Below are positions 25,691 to 38,775 of a stretch of DNA of 64,000 nucleotides, in pieces (position 1 is the first letter of the stretch; every line of letters begins with the position of its first letter). The DNA is from Vicugna vicugna (lineage: Eukaryota): assembly GCA_013265495.1 (NCBI GenBank), contig MU057711.1, positions 1,426,001 to 1,490,000 of the forward strand, in the 5' to 3' direction. A program made the translations under genes and the position numbers. Below the pieces are notes generated by a model. The model ran no database searches. It saw only the letters and a program-made list of their open reading frames with translations, and had not been told where the DNA came from.

Positions 25691-27754
25691 AGGAAAAATG
25701 TATTATTTGAAAAAAATTAGAATGTTGGTTAATTTTACAATTCACATAAATTACCAAATTATTTTGTAAATAACAATTGGTCTAATCACATACAAAGTAA
25801 CCTGGAAGTGATGTCATCAAAACACACATACACACACTACTCCACATTTGCTTTTGATTTTCTTCTTTCAAAAATGTTTTGTTTTACATTTATCTATATG
25901 ACCTGTCCCAAGTCTCTAATAAAAGTGTATGTTAAGGAAGTTGGTGCTGGAGGAAAATTACAAACTAGAATGAGAATCTAATGACATTTGAGGAAGCCCT
26001 CATCACATTCTTGGGCCGATTGGCCTTCTGACCCACCTCTGAGGTCTTGACCTGCAAGGAAATCAACAATTGAACCTACTCCCAGCTTGACTTCCATTCT
26101 CAGACTCTGAGACACCTGGCTCCATGTAGGTCTTTTTTTTTTTTTCCCATGACATGTGGTTCTCTGGCACCAGGCAAGATCTTCTCCTCAGTTGGTGACT
26201 TCACTCTCTGCCATTTGTGAGCTCACCACCTGCAACTAGATCTATAAAACTCAGTGGGGTAAAGTTCTTGTTTTTGTAATTGTTGCTAGAAAATATTTTT
26301 CTCTTTTTAAAAATTTCTTTTGTAATTTTAAAGACTCCTCAGCTGTGTGCAAGGTAAACAATCTCCAGACATCAACTTCAAAAGTTCCAAATGGCCCTAA
26401 TGCTGCCAACCAGAGATCTTCAGGAAATATGGGATTGACTCTTGTTGGCCACTGGGTGTAGATCCCATTTCCTACCCTAGGACACCCTGGAAACCATAAT
26501 CTCAAGCTATTAGGGAAAAGTCTTTTTGAACATTCCATCCATCCAAAGGATGAAAATTCAGCTCAATTCCAGGAGCCTTAGGGGTAGATTACTTGAAAAC
26601 TTGCCTTACAAAATTATATACTTTTTCTCCTGCAATTGACAGTAGTAATGTGTGCATTTGTGTGTGTGAGGGAGGTCTCTTTGAGGTAGATTAGCTGTGC
26701 ACATTGGAACAGCCTCTGTGTTCACTAAATTAAAACCTATAAAGGAAAGACATGAAAGGAGCGGCTCAAAGGAGAGGGCAGAAAATTTCTGAGATACCAA
26801 GGCATTCTTTCAAAGAGTTTAATTTCAGTGAAGTATGTTTTGTTTTGATTTTACAAGTCTCTCTCTCTCAAATAAAAATTTTTAATTCACTAGTAAGAGA
26901 GTTTGAGAATCCACTGGTAAAAAGATTTCCAAAGGCTGATCAGTTTGTTGAATTTATCTTCCATCAATTACCTAGGAAAATAAACCTGAGAGAAATCCTT
27001 CTCCCATCTTGACACTGAAAAATCTGCACATCAATAAAACATCTGTAAGTCTCTGGCCTGATTCCTTGCCCCACTGGAGCCACAAAGCTGTGTTGTTATG
27101 GTAATGCAGCAAGAAGGGGGTCACAATGTGTTTTCTGTCTTTATTATAATCTTCTCTGCTATAGAAAGCTCTCTGATGCAAGGCCACTATATTTACTCTC
27201 ATTTCATAAACTATCATTATAGTAACAGCTTTATTCCACCTGAAGGACTCAAAGGCCATGGTGAATGGGTTTCCATCTGGGGGGAGGGTCAGCCTCACTG
27301 AATGGAGTCTTGTGTAAATTTCAGATGTGATCACCCCCTCTGTTCTGATGAGAGAAACCACATGGCTCCAGGTTGACAGCAATGCTATCCGTGTTCAGGG
27401 AAGCAGGAGACGACTGTACAGAAAAGAAATTGCTTTTCAGTTTGCCCTTACATGGGAAATGTGGGCAACAACCAGATTAAAATTCAGCTGCTCCAGCTGA
27501 AAACATTTAGGAAATTAAAAAGCTGGAATATTGCAACAAATGAAACAAAGAGAAGGGAGAACTACATCTATAAAGTAATGGAAGAACACATTTTGTGAAT
27601 TAATAAGCAATGCTGTGAGGACATAAAACATTAACCCAGTGTTCTTATTATGATAAAAGTATTCTCTTGTGTTGAGGCACTTTTTACCTTCCGAAAATTT
27701 CTGTTTTGAAATATTTGTTGAGTCCTTTCTACAGATCTAGCCACAAAACTTTCC

Positions 27755-28110
27755 TGTGGAGCAGTAAATGTGGAGTTTAGCTTTCAATTCTGTAGTTTGA
27801 ATCCTGACTTGTCATGTTGCTTCTCTGAGGCTGTTTCTTTCTTTGTAATAAAGCACTAATAATAATTTCAACGTTGAACATTCTTATAAGGTTTATATCC
27901 CTGACACAAGTAAAAGGGTCTACAGACATGAGTTAGAATCCTGGTCCACCTGTTACTAACTGTGTGACATCAGACAAGTTATTCAACTCTTTTGGACCTT
28001 GTCTCTTGGTCTGTAAAATGGGAGTGAGAAGACTTCATCTTAGAGTTGCTATGAAGATGAAATTATGTAATGCATGTAAAGTTCATATCCTGGTTTGCAG
28101 CACATAGTTT
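27755..28110 (+). mobile_element. Two adjacent MIR SINEs
   Basis: tttgaatcctgact...ctctgaggctgtttctttctttgtaa, then actaactgtgtgacatcagacaagttattcaac...ctgtaaaatggg...gatgaaattatgtaatgcatgtaaag. Confidence 0.8.
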
Positions 28111-28202
28111 TAGGAACTGTGGGAGCTACAGAAAAAGTTTGACACAAGGCCTTTCATTTCCAGACACTACTGTATAATTTGGAGAAACCAGAACCTAAGG
28201 CA

Positions 28203-31200
28203 GAGAGGTTCTGGTTTGCGTAAGAGGGACAAAGCAGAGTCCACTCTGTATTGTCTGCTGAATGCAACTGCAAATCTGGGAAGAATGAGTGGATCAGCTA
28301 TCTAAAGACTGAACATTTAACAGTAGCTGACAGATGATTATTTTTTTCTTTCTGATTCTGCAGACCTGAGCTCAAGCTAAGCCCAAATCCTGGAACTTCA
28401 CAGTCAGTATGAGCGGAAGGAGCTTCAGGAGAATTCATTTATTTCTAGTCCAAAGAATGAGAAGGGGGGCACCTACAGAACAGAGAAAGTAGAGAAAATC
28501 CCCTGGTTTTTTGTTTCGTGGTTTTCTTTTTCTTTTATTCCAGCTTGCAGGCAATCCTCAATTCCAAAGCTTAATCCCACAGTGGTTGGGCAGCAGCTGG
28601 GCAGGGGCAGGGCAGAAATGGTAGTGGCTGCCAGCTGATATCTGAAATTCTGAGGAAGGGGAAGCCTCTGTGACCAGAGAAATTGTTAATGAACTAAGTA
28701 ATGCAGGGAAATCTCTCTCTGTCTTCCTGCCACTTGACCTCAGAGGCAGATTTAGCTGTGAGAACTGGGCAGCAGAGCAGGGAGACTAAAACTCATCTTC
28801 CTAGCAACAAGACCATAAGGGAAGATTCTGGGGGCCAGGATGTCAGAGAGAATTAAGAGTGGAGGCGGGTTTGAGAAAGAGATGTCATAATGTCATGTAT
28901 GAACTTCATGGCTCTCTCACAGGCAGTGCATGTGTGGACCTGGTTCTGAACAGCATACCTGAGTGAGGCTTTCAGGGCTAAACACAGGGTTGATCATTTC
29001 CCAGAGTGGTACATATGTGGAACAAATCCAAACAGCACTGCAAAAGTTTGAATTGACATGGGAACCACAGCCCATTAAAAGTTGGTGTGGTCTGAATGTA
29101 ACTGAGTTGATTGCTTCATTAAAACAAAATCTTTATAATATTAAAACAAGATCCAGTGCAGGGTAGGGGGGAGGTGGGCGGGGAAGAAGATCCAAAGTCA
29201 TATCATGTAAATATTCAAAATGTCTAGGATACAGTCCAAAATTATTTGGCATATGGAAAGAACCTCAACAACTTGCAAAGGAAAAGACTATGAGCAGATA
29301 ACAACCGAGATAACCAAGATGTGGAAATTATCAGACAGACTTTAAAGCAGCTGTTTATAATCATGTGCCAAAAAAGTTAAGGGTAAACGCTCTTGAAATA
29401 AGGGAAATATAGAAAGTCACAGGAAATAAATAGAAACCATAAAAAATCAAATGGGAATATTAGAAATGAGAACAATAATAACTGAAATAAAATTTGATTG
29501 ATTCAATAGCAGAATATGGATTGCAGAAGGAGTCAGTAAATTTATATCAGTATAAAGTATCCAATCTGAAAAATGAGGAGAAAAAATGGGGAAAAAAAAG
29601 AACAGAGCCTCAGGAAACTATGGGACAATACCAAAGGGTTTAACATTGTGTTGTTAGAGCATCAGAAGAAGAGAATGAGTGTGGTGCAGAAAAAATTTTG
29701 GAAGCAACAATGTCTAAGAATTTCCCAATTTGGTGCAAGACATGAACTTATGTATTCAAAAAAACCTCAGTGAACCCCAAATAGGAAAAACTCAAAGAAA
29801 TCCACACAAAGATACATCATAATTAAACTGATAAAAACCAAAGACAATAAAAAATAAAAGAACTTTTGAAAGCTGCCAGAGGAAAAAGAAGCATTACACA
29901 CATGGAAGAACAATCCCAATTACTGATGACTTCTCGTCATGAATCGTGGAAGCTTTAAGGTGATGGGACATTTTTAAAGTGCTGACAGTAAAAGAAAACA
30001 AACAAAACACCTTTGATCCAAAATTCCATGTACAGGAAATATCTTTCATGAATGAAGTTGGAATGAAAATATTTTTTAAGAAAGAATTCATGAGCAGTAG
30101 AATTACATTAAAATAAGTGTAAAATAAATTTCTTAAAGCAGAAGAGAAATGATAACAGAAGAAAACTTTGAATTTTGGGAGTGAAGGAAATGCAGGAGAA
30201 ATGGTAAAATCTGGATAAATGAATAGATTATTTTTCTCATTTTAAGTTTTTAAAATACATAGTATTAAAAAATATATAGTATTTAAAATATGAAGTATAA
30301 TAGTGTAAAGGTACCTATTTCTTCTTGGGTATGTTTTTGCTAGTTTGTGGCTTTAGAGGAATTGGTCCATTCTACCTAAAATAGTACATTTAAGTGTATA
30401 AATATCCACTCAATGTCTGTGGGGCTTGTGATGACATCCTCCTTTTCATTCTTGTTACTGGTAATTTATGTCTTCTCTTTATTTTCTTTTTCAGCCTGGT
30501 TAGAGGTTTTTCAACAAATGATGATAGAACAATTGAACATCTCTATACCAGAAAAGTTAACCTTGCTTCATATGTCTTACCTCATGCAAAATTAATTCAT
30601 ATATTTAAATGTAAAACTATAAAGCTTCTAGAAAAATAGAGAAAATCTTTGTGATTATGCATTAGGTAAAATGTTTTTAGATGGAATCAAATGCATGATT
30701 CTTAAAAGAAAAAAATTGATAAATTGGATGCCACCAAAATAAAAAGCTATTGCTTTGCAAAACACACTGTTAACAGAATAAAAACTTAAGCTACATATTG
30801 AGAGAAAATATTTGCAAGTCACGTATTCAACAAAGGTCTTATATCTAAAATATATAAAGAACACTTAAAACTCAACAATAAGAGAATAATTCAATAAAAA
30901 TGGGCAAGAGATTTGAAGAAATCCTTCACCCAAGAAGACATATTGAGGACTAAAAAGCACATGAAAAGATACTCAACATTATTAAGCAAGTTGGCTATAT
31001 CAAGTGTTGATTACAATACAGAGCAACTGGAACTCTTGTACATTGCTGGTGGGAATGCAAAATGGTACAGGTATAGCCACTCTGGAAAACTGTGAGAAAA
31101 GACAGTTTCCTATAAAGATGAACATATGTTTGATCTGATCCAGACATTCCACTCCTATATATTTATCTGAGAAAAATGAAAATTTATGTCTATAAAAAAG

Positions 31201-31630
31201 CCAAAAACTAGAAACAACCTAATTGTCCATTAACAAGTGAATAGATAAATAAATTGTGGTATATTCATACAATGGCTTACTACTCAGCAAACAAAAGGAA
31301 TGAAATATTGATATACATAACAACATGGATGAATCTCAAAGGCATTATGCTGAGTGAAAAAGCTAGTCCCAAAGGTTACGTGCTGTGTGACTCCATTTAT
31401 ACAACATTCTGTGAAAGAGAAATTATAAGGACAGAGAATGGTCCAGTGGTTTCCAGGGTTTGGGAGTGGGAGAGGCTGTGACCACAAAGAAGGCAGCACA
31501 TGGGGGTTTTTTTGGCTTGTTGGTACTGCTCTGTGTCATCATGATGATGATAGTTACTTGAACCAACATGCATATTAAAACTCCTGAAATTATTCACCAA
31601 AAAATAATTCATCTTACTGTTCCTAAATTT
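28203..31630 (+). mobile_element. Old LINE-1 (L1MD/L1ME-like): putative 5'UTR, degenerate ORF1, inverted ORF2 fragment, ORF2 C-terminus, 3'UTR
   Basis: ORF 29573 EQSLRKLWDNTK is an ORF1 motif. ORFs 30913 (KKHMKRYSTLL...LYIAGGNAKW) and 31254 (WYIHTMAYYSA...TTWMNLKGIMLSE) are ORF2 C-terminal motifs. The 5' boundary is the least certain part. Confidence 0.88.
30312..30508 (-). mobile_element. Inverted L1 ORF2 fragment (post-endonuclease region)
   Basis: Minus-strand translation gives KPLTRLKKK..., ITSNKNEKEDVITSPTDI and RMDQFL*SHKL, matching ORF2 KPLARL...ITTDPT...EMDKFL. Confidence 0.85.
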
Positions 31631-32644
31631 TTTTAAATTTAACGAATTTTTTAAGTAGAGGGGAATGTCAACCAGGTTGCAGGATAGCCCTTGGCTTCAT
31701 GTCGGAGGTGAGATTTGCCTAGATTTTGAAGAAGAATGTGTAGGACTGGAACATCTGAGGGGAATAAGGAATTTCTGGTTGAGTGATTTTCATGAAAAGT
31801 GGTGAGACTAGGCAAGATATATTTGCTGGACAAAGAATAAAAATGCCTTGGCTATTATAGGAAATGGTGGCTAGAGGGGAAAAGTTGTGAGCTAGAATTT
31901 TGAAGTAATTTGAGATCAGATTAAAGTACAGAAACAGAAGTTTCCACATTATGCCCCAATTCCCAAGGTTCCCCCCCATGACCCAAAAGATGTCTAAAAA
32001 TGCATAACATTCTTTAGTTTGCATGACGATATTTGATTTAAAAATCCCCCTCCTACTCACTAAAATAATTAGTGATTTCAACAAATATAAAGTGTAACTC
32101 GGTCTTGGACACTCACTGCAGACCATCACACAGTTTGAAAGGCTCTAGGTTATTCAGTTATTCATAATGTCCCCCATACTCTTTTATTCCCATTCAAGAA
32201 GGCATCTTGGAATGTTAGTGACCATGGTGCTATAGGGATAACCTTGAAACTACATAGGTTATAAAAAGATAAATGATTAATAATCTTCAGTACTTCAGTT
32301 AACTTGACTATTTTTTGGTGATAAATTACTAAATGTTAAATACCATATTAGGTTATTGAAACCCTAAAATGAACTTTTGCCTCCCTTTCAGCCAGCATTG
32401 AGGAAATGTGGCAGCATCCCCAGTGTCAACGTGGAGTTTATTCTACTACTTAACTCTGTCAGTATTAAGTGGTGAATAAAGCAGATGAGATTCCAGTCTT
32501 CTTGAAGCTCTAAGTCTAGTGAACTAGAAAAAGCGATATGCTGTAGCACATGGGTCATGGTTGAAGGAAGACAACAAGGTTAGCGGATTCAAAGGGAAAC
32601 AGAAAGAAGCTTGGCCACCAGAAGGTTATTTGTAAGTGAATAGG

Positions 32645-33128
32645 AATATCAGTCAAAGCTCTCTTTGTTTGCAACTTACAGAAACAAAACTCGAGTTGGG
32701 TTAAGTAAAAGAGGGATATCGCTGGCTCATGGGGCTGAAAGTCCAGGGCTGTCAAGGGATGTTAAGTGCATTATATTAGCCATCGAGCTTACCTCTCCAC
32801 TTTGCTTTCTTCTGTGTGACTATTCTCAGATGTCATGCTTACCTCCTTACCTGCCAACTTTTCCAGAAACAATTGGGCTGACCCTTATTGTCACAGATTG
32901 TCCCATAAATCATGTCCACATCTCTGGACCAATTCCAGAAGCATAGAGATAATCGTGGGTCAAGTGGCCAGGCCAGGCCATATGTCCACTCCTGGACCCA
33001 GAGGCTAGAGTCATTCAAATTTGAACTGAGAGTGGGAGAGGGGTGATATGTCAACTAAAATCAAGATTTTGTATTTGGATAGAGAAGAAATGACTGCGAG
33101 CAGGCAAGGCAATGGAAATAGGGACCTT
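32645..33128 (-). mobile_element. MaLR MLT1J/K-like solo LTR
   Basis: tatcagtcaaagctctctttgtttgcaacttacagaaacaaaactcgagttgggttaagtaaaagaggga...ggccaggccaggccatatgtccactcctgga. Confidence 0.8.
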
Positions 33129-33394
33129 CTAGAATGGGGTTGACATGGGAAGTAAGCTCAGTGTACTCCAGATCCATTAATAAGACTCCAGAGAGAACCT
33201 TATCCAGAAGTGTTCTATTTCCAGTTGACCATGCACAGGTGCCCATATTATGGAAACTTTTTATTCTCACATTTATCTCAGACTGTAACTTACTTCAGAG
33301 TTTTGGTCTTTCCTGCTGTGTCTCAAAATTTCAAAGTTAAGACTTTTCCAGGGGAATTGGAAAGGGGAGTCATTGTCCAGGGGAAAGGTTCATG

Positions 33395-33560
33395 AACTTA
33401 GAGTAAGATGACTTAACACGTGAATCCTGAGTATCCTCACTTCCCTGACTCTCAGCCCCTCACCATGATAATGCAATTGGTGTGAGAATCAAATGAGATA
33501 GTAGGTGAAAAAGCACTTTGGTGTTTCATGTAAAATTCTAATTGGAGACATTGTTGGTGG
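33395..33560 (+). mobile_element. MIR SINE
   Basis: tggtgtgagaatcaaatgagatagtaggtgaaaaagcactttg. Confidence 0.6.
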
Positions 33561-33799
33561 CTTCTTATAAGTTGGTCTTGCATTACCAGCTCTATTATAC
33601 ACTCCTGAAGGAAAGAGAATGATTTCTCATCCTGTTTGGTGTCCCAAAAGTCCTACCACAAGCCTGGGCAAATAGTAGGATCTTCCCAATTTCTTACTGA
33701 GTAACTCAGTGAGTAGCTGAAGGGAGGAATGAATGACTTTGGGCTTAGATTCCAATACAAATTCTTTGGAATGATTCACTTTATCATGATCAAATTTTT

Positions 33800-34035
33800 T
33801 TAACATCAATAGGTAAAGATAAAAGTCTGATTCTCTGATCTCTGAAAATATTGTGTGCAGTTCTGGGCATACCTTTAAAAGACATAAAGAAGCTGGAGGA
33901 AGTGAGGAGGAGGACATCGAAAATGATCAAGGAGGTAGGGGCAGGAATGCCATCCAAGGATAGATCAAAATGGGCCACTTTGTTCTAGAAATATAAAGGC
34001 TGAGAAAGAAATGATCAAAGTCTTTGAAATCCTGG
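33800..34035 (+). mobile_element. L3/CR1 LINE fragment (RT C-terminal region)
   Basis: tattgtgtgcagttctgggca (YCVQFWA motif)...aagctggaggaagtgaggaggaggacatcgaaaatgatcaagg...atgatcaaagtctttgaaat. Confidence 0.75.
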
Positions 34036-34767
34036 GGGGTGGGAGGATGGATGGGGGGTGGGTGGAGATTTACCCTGCCCCCAATGTCTTTAATGCCCAG
34101 ATCACAGACAGAATTGGAGGGTCAACCCAATATGATATTTCTCAAGATTTTAAGATAGTCTGTAGATTAAGACTCGCTTGTCAATGAGCCGTTTTCAAAT
34201 TCCCATCAGGAATGAAGTCAGTTGAGCCACTTGGGCATCTTAAATCCATGGGAGATGAGGCTGAAGAGGAACTTGTTGTAAAAGTAATTTATCTAGAAAG
34301 GTGGAAGTTCTACAGACGAGCTGATGGAGAGGGAAGAAAAACTGACAGCACCCTAAAACTTTAGGTGGTAGGTGAGAAATTATGTCTGAATTTTTACAAA
34401 TGGAATTAGAGAGCTGCCCTTCTAGACTCTAGCCTCATTTCTTTAGAGAGTCTTCTGCTGCATCAAGTCTGCAGGCACATATCCTTTCTCTGAATTGCAC
34501 TGCTGAAGAGTAAGCACAGAGCTTTGACATCAGACTAGAATTTACACGCTGGTCTCATGACTACACTAAGTAGGTGTCATTTTGCTGCAAATGACACATA
34601 ATCAAATTCAAATTGGCTTCAGCACAAAAAGAATTTTTGGTTCAAGTTCATTCAATTGTAAAGACTAAGCTAGTCTCAAACAGTATCATTAAATTAAAAG
34701 AAAATTCTCTCCCTCTGCCTTTCTCTCTCCTTCCCTCTCGGTAACTCCTACGCTAAGCTAAGCTCTA

Positions 34768-35162
34768 TGTGATGGTTACTTTCATGTGTCAACTTCACCA
34801 GGCTAAGGGATGCCAAAATAGCTGGTAGAACATTATTTCTTGGTATGTTTGTGGGGATATTTCCAGAAGATATTAGCATTTGAATTGGTGAACTTAGTAA
34901 AGCAGAGGTGAACCTTTCCAGTATGAGTGGCATCATCCCATCCACTAAGGGTCCAAACAGAACAAAATGATAGAAGAACAAATTCATTCTCTCTGTTTGA
35001 GCTGAGACGTACTCCTGCCCTGAGACACTAGGACTTCTGGTTTCCAGGCTTTAAGATGCAGGTCAGAACTTACACCATAACCCCCCTAATTCTCACACCT
35101 TTGGGCCACTGACTTTTCTGGTTCTCCAACTTGCAGGTGGAAGATTATGGGTCTCCTCGGCT
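34768..35162 (+). mobile_element. ERVL MLT2-family LTR (3'-truncated)
   Basis: Starts tgtgatggttactttcatgtgtcaactt; aacattatttcttggtatgtttgtgggga...attagcatttgaattggtgaact. Confidence 0.9.
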
Positions 35163-35325
35163 GTAGGCCACCCCTTGGGAGAGCAAGGCTGCTCCCAGTT
35201 CCCAAGGGCAACTTCCAGTGAGGGTTGCAGTTGTGAGCCAATGCAGTTGGCATTCCCAGCAACTGGGGGATGGATGTGTTGGCCTTGAAAAGAGAATGCG
35301 GATGGAGCATCCAGTATCCTCTAAT
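35163..35325 (-). mobile_element. LTR16-family fragment
   Basis: agggcaacttcc...gcagttgtgagcc...cagcaactgggggatggatgtg resembles the antisense LTR16 5' part. Confidence 0.65.
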
Positions 35326-36581
35326 GTTTCATCTAGCCTAAGATACTGTGGGATGTCCACTTGTTTTTAAGTCTTTATGTGAGTTATTTGGCATTCTCTA
35401 TCTCCAAACTGTTCGTGCCAAATCTTCCTACAACATATAAATGGAATCTGGTTACATGATCAGTTTCCAGATCAGAGTGGGGAAAATAAGAAAATAAACA
35501 GAAAAGATGGACCTGAACACTTTCCCTAGAAGAGTCATTTCTACTAAAAATAACTCCCTATCTGACTTAAATTCCTTCTAGTGGTCCCCTCTCCCTGCCC
35601 CATCTCCCTACCAACCCCACCTTCTATTGAACCAGGCAAGACATAACCATCAGAATGACTTTCTATACACTGAGAAGCTTTGATACAAAACAGTTTGGCC
35701 ACTATCAGAGCCATGGCCAGCCAGAGAGCTCGTGGTGCCCTCTGACACCCACTTGTGTGGTGTGCTGGTAAATGTTCTTCAACAGGTTTTTGGAGGGGAG
35801 GGCTAACACGTAGCATTCGTCTATTTCTGTGGGTAACTACTCCTACCATGGTTCAAACTACCGATGTGGCATCACTGAAGACAGAGTTAGGAAAATGGTA
35901 CACAATCATTTCTCAGTATTTGGGACAAGCTCACTACTGGCTGGACTTAACTCTAGGGTCAGATTCACCAGTCATCTGTTTTGAAATTTTGGAGGATGCT
36001 TAAACCAATGGCTGAGAGCAACATTAGAAAAATAGGGTTGATCTGCATTACAGTAAAGACAAAGTCATATTTTGAGAGTTAACTTCTTCCAGCCCTAGCC
36101 ACATCTTCAACATTACAATGATGGGGATATATGCAGATTAACTCCATGAAAAAAAAAAACCTGTGTAAACTAAATTATTGCCCCATCCTTGGCTGAGGTC
36201 ACGAGGGCTTATAGAAAGCACTTGTTACACTCTCTCGGTTATCCACTTCCCACTGTCCTCCCTGAACTTCATTTCCCTCTTATGATCTCTTATCTTGCTC
36301 ATTTCCATCCTAATACCTCCTACCTCTTTCAGCAATTCTTTGTGTTGATGCTCAAACTTAACTATCTATTTGATTCTCAGTTATATTACTTTTTCCTAGG
36401 CATTTTAGGTCTCTTGTGGTTCTACATCCTGCTTAGCAGTCAATGACTTGGTCTTTCATTTATTCATTTAAAGGACAATTTAAAAAATACCAGGAGAAGG
36501 CAGGGCTCAGTGTGAGCCTGTCTGTCTACCAGGCAATGTTTGAAGAGCCTTGGGAAGGAGCAATACACCTCTTACGATGTC

Positions 36582-37208
36582 TGTCTTAGTCCTGGAAGTT
36601 GAAGCTCAAGGTGCCAGCATGGTTGATGGGGGGCCCTTTATCCATATCACAGAATTCTCACTGTGTCTTCACGTGGTGGAAGAGGGTAAGGATGTCTGTG
36701 GGATCTGTTTTATGAGAGCACTAATTCTATTCATGAAGGCCCCATACTCATGACATAAGTACCTCCCAAAGTCCCTGCCTACTAATACCATCACCCTTGG
36801 GGATTCGGATTTTAATATAGGTTTTGAGGGGACACAAACATTTAGACCATAGCATTCCATCCCTGACCCTCCAAATTTATGTCCTTACATACAAAATATG
36901 GTCACTGCATCCCAATAGAGATGCATGCCCCCAAAGTCTTAACTCATTCCAGTAACAACTTAAATGTCTAAAGTCCAAATTCTCATCTAAATATCATCTA
37001 AGTCAGACATGGGTGAGACTCAAAGTTTGATGTATTCTGAGGCAAATTCTCCTCCAGATGCGAACCTGTGAAATCACACTAGTGATGTGCTTCCAAAATA
37101 CAATTGTGGGGCAAACATAGGACAAACATTCCCATTCCAACTGGGAGAAACAGGAGAGAAGGAATGGGTGACAGATCCCAAGCAAGTCCAAAATCTAACA
37201 AGGCAAAG
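36582..37208 (-). mobile_element. MaLR MLT1A-like 3' LTR (36582-36854) plus adjoining internal sequence
   Basis: LTR ends gaggggacacaaacatttagaccatagca; PPT (antisense ttccatccct) follows; internal cccaaagtcttaactcattccag...gcttccaaaatacaat...aacattcccattccaa. Confidence 0.9.
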
Positions 37209-38199
37209 AGCAATGTCACTTTCAGAAGGCTGGGATTTGTCCTGAAGTCCCCTGCCACCCAAATTCCTTTTAATACCCTCCAGTAGGAAACCCTTCTCAA
37301 CTCCCCAGCCAGGCTTGTCACACCTTCCTCAAGCCCCTGGGCACAGACTAGAATAGGTGTGCTTCTGCCCACATATTTCTTCTGCCCTTTGAGGTGAAAG
37401 AAGGGCTGTACCTGTTGAGGCAGACACTCCCTGAAGGTTTACTGAACTCATGTCATTCCATTCTTCCGAGCAGGAAGAAAATATTTGGTGAATTCCTTAT
37501 AATGAAGTGGTATTTCCAAGGTCTGGCTGACCACCCAGGGAGGCTCAAGATATGAGGAGCATCTATCTGCCCAGTACATTCCTTGGGAAGACCTCCTCCT
37601 CCCAAATGCAAGGTCCTGGGGACAGAGTAATGCAGGCTTCTAAGAGGAAGTCCACGTTCACTCATCTCCAAACCCAGCTCACCATTCCACAATAGCCAAA
37701 TGACGACCCTGCTGCTGTCCTTCAAGGACCTTTCAGGATTGCTCATTACAGTCTTTCCTCCAAGCACAGCCAGACCTCTCTGCCTCTGGGTATTGTCTGG
37801 GTTCTTCCTGAGGGCCAGAGTCCCCAGAGGATTTTCCCTTTTATTCTATCATTGCCATAGACAAAGTCATTCTTTAATTATCTTTTGTGGGTTGGTCTTT
37901 GTGGTCGTTAAATTTGTTTCTTCTCAATTCTGATGATTATGACTTGAATATGGAACACCCAAGAAACTTGTCATCTCAGCCACACACCCTGGCACAAACT
38001 CTGCTGTGTTAGAGACATGCTAGAAAGGCACCAAAGAAAGGGTGGAAAGGACTTCAAGAGAGTGATTCAGGAGGGATTGGACCCCCAAAATAGTCCAAAT
38101 TGTGTCGGCTTTCCTATATAAGAGACTGAAAAATAGTGGCCTGCTGGCTTTCAGAAATCTTTGACTGACTTCTCCTGTGTTTTTTCTTTTAACTAAATT

Positions 38200-38400
38200 T
38201 CTTACCAACATTTAAAAATCTAAAGATTGCAAAAAACATATCCAATATTCCACTTTCTCTTGATAAGTCGTATCTGGCAATGTTGCACACATGTCCCCTC
38301 AGAGTAAGAAACTGCCGCCTCCTTTAGAAGAGGGGCATGAAGTCTTAGCTTCAACACTGCCCTATCTGGTCCAATGTACCCATTACCAACCGCTGTGCTT
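38200..38400 (+). mobile_element. MER102-like hAT-Charlie fragment
   Basis: ccaacatttaaaaatc...ttctcttgataagtcgtatctggcaatg...cctttagaagaggggcatg. Confidence 0.6.
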
Positions 38401-38775
38401 TATATGTTTGTCACTCTTGCTCTAGATCTTACTTTGAGGTTTTTTTGTTGTTGTTATTTGTTTTTTGTTTTTTCTGTCCTAACTCCTGTCCCTCTTCTCT
38501 CCACACATGCATACATTTCCCCTTCCTCCTTTCTGAGATCTCTTTCTGCCTCTCAACCCCACTGCCATCCAAGGTCAAAGCAGCCTAGTTTTGAGCTGGG
38601 CACAGTCAGTAGACTTCTCTACAGGACATCCTATCATCACTCCAAAGAGCATAGACTGAGTGGAACTCATCATCTTCTACAGCCAGCCTTGTCCTTCTCC
38701 AGTGCCTCCATCATTCCAAACTCAATTCCTGGAAGCCATCTTTCTTCTACCTCATGCATCAGGTTATTCCCCTTA

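Noticed and set aside
29573..31481. Coding-competent L1
   Set aside because: ORF1 and ORF2 are broken into short fragments and the endonuclease and RT regions are missing.
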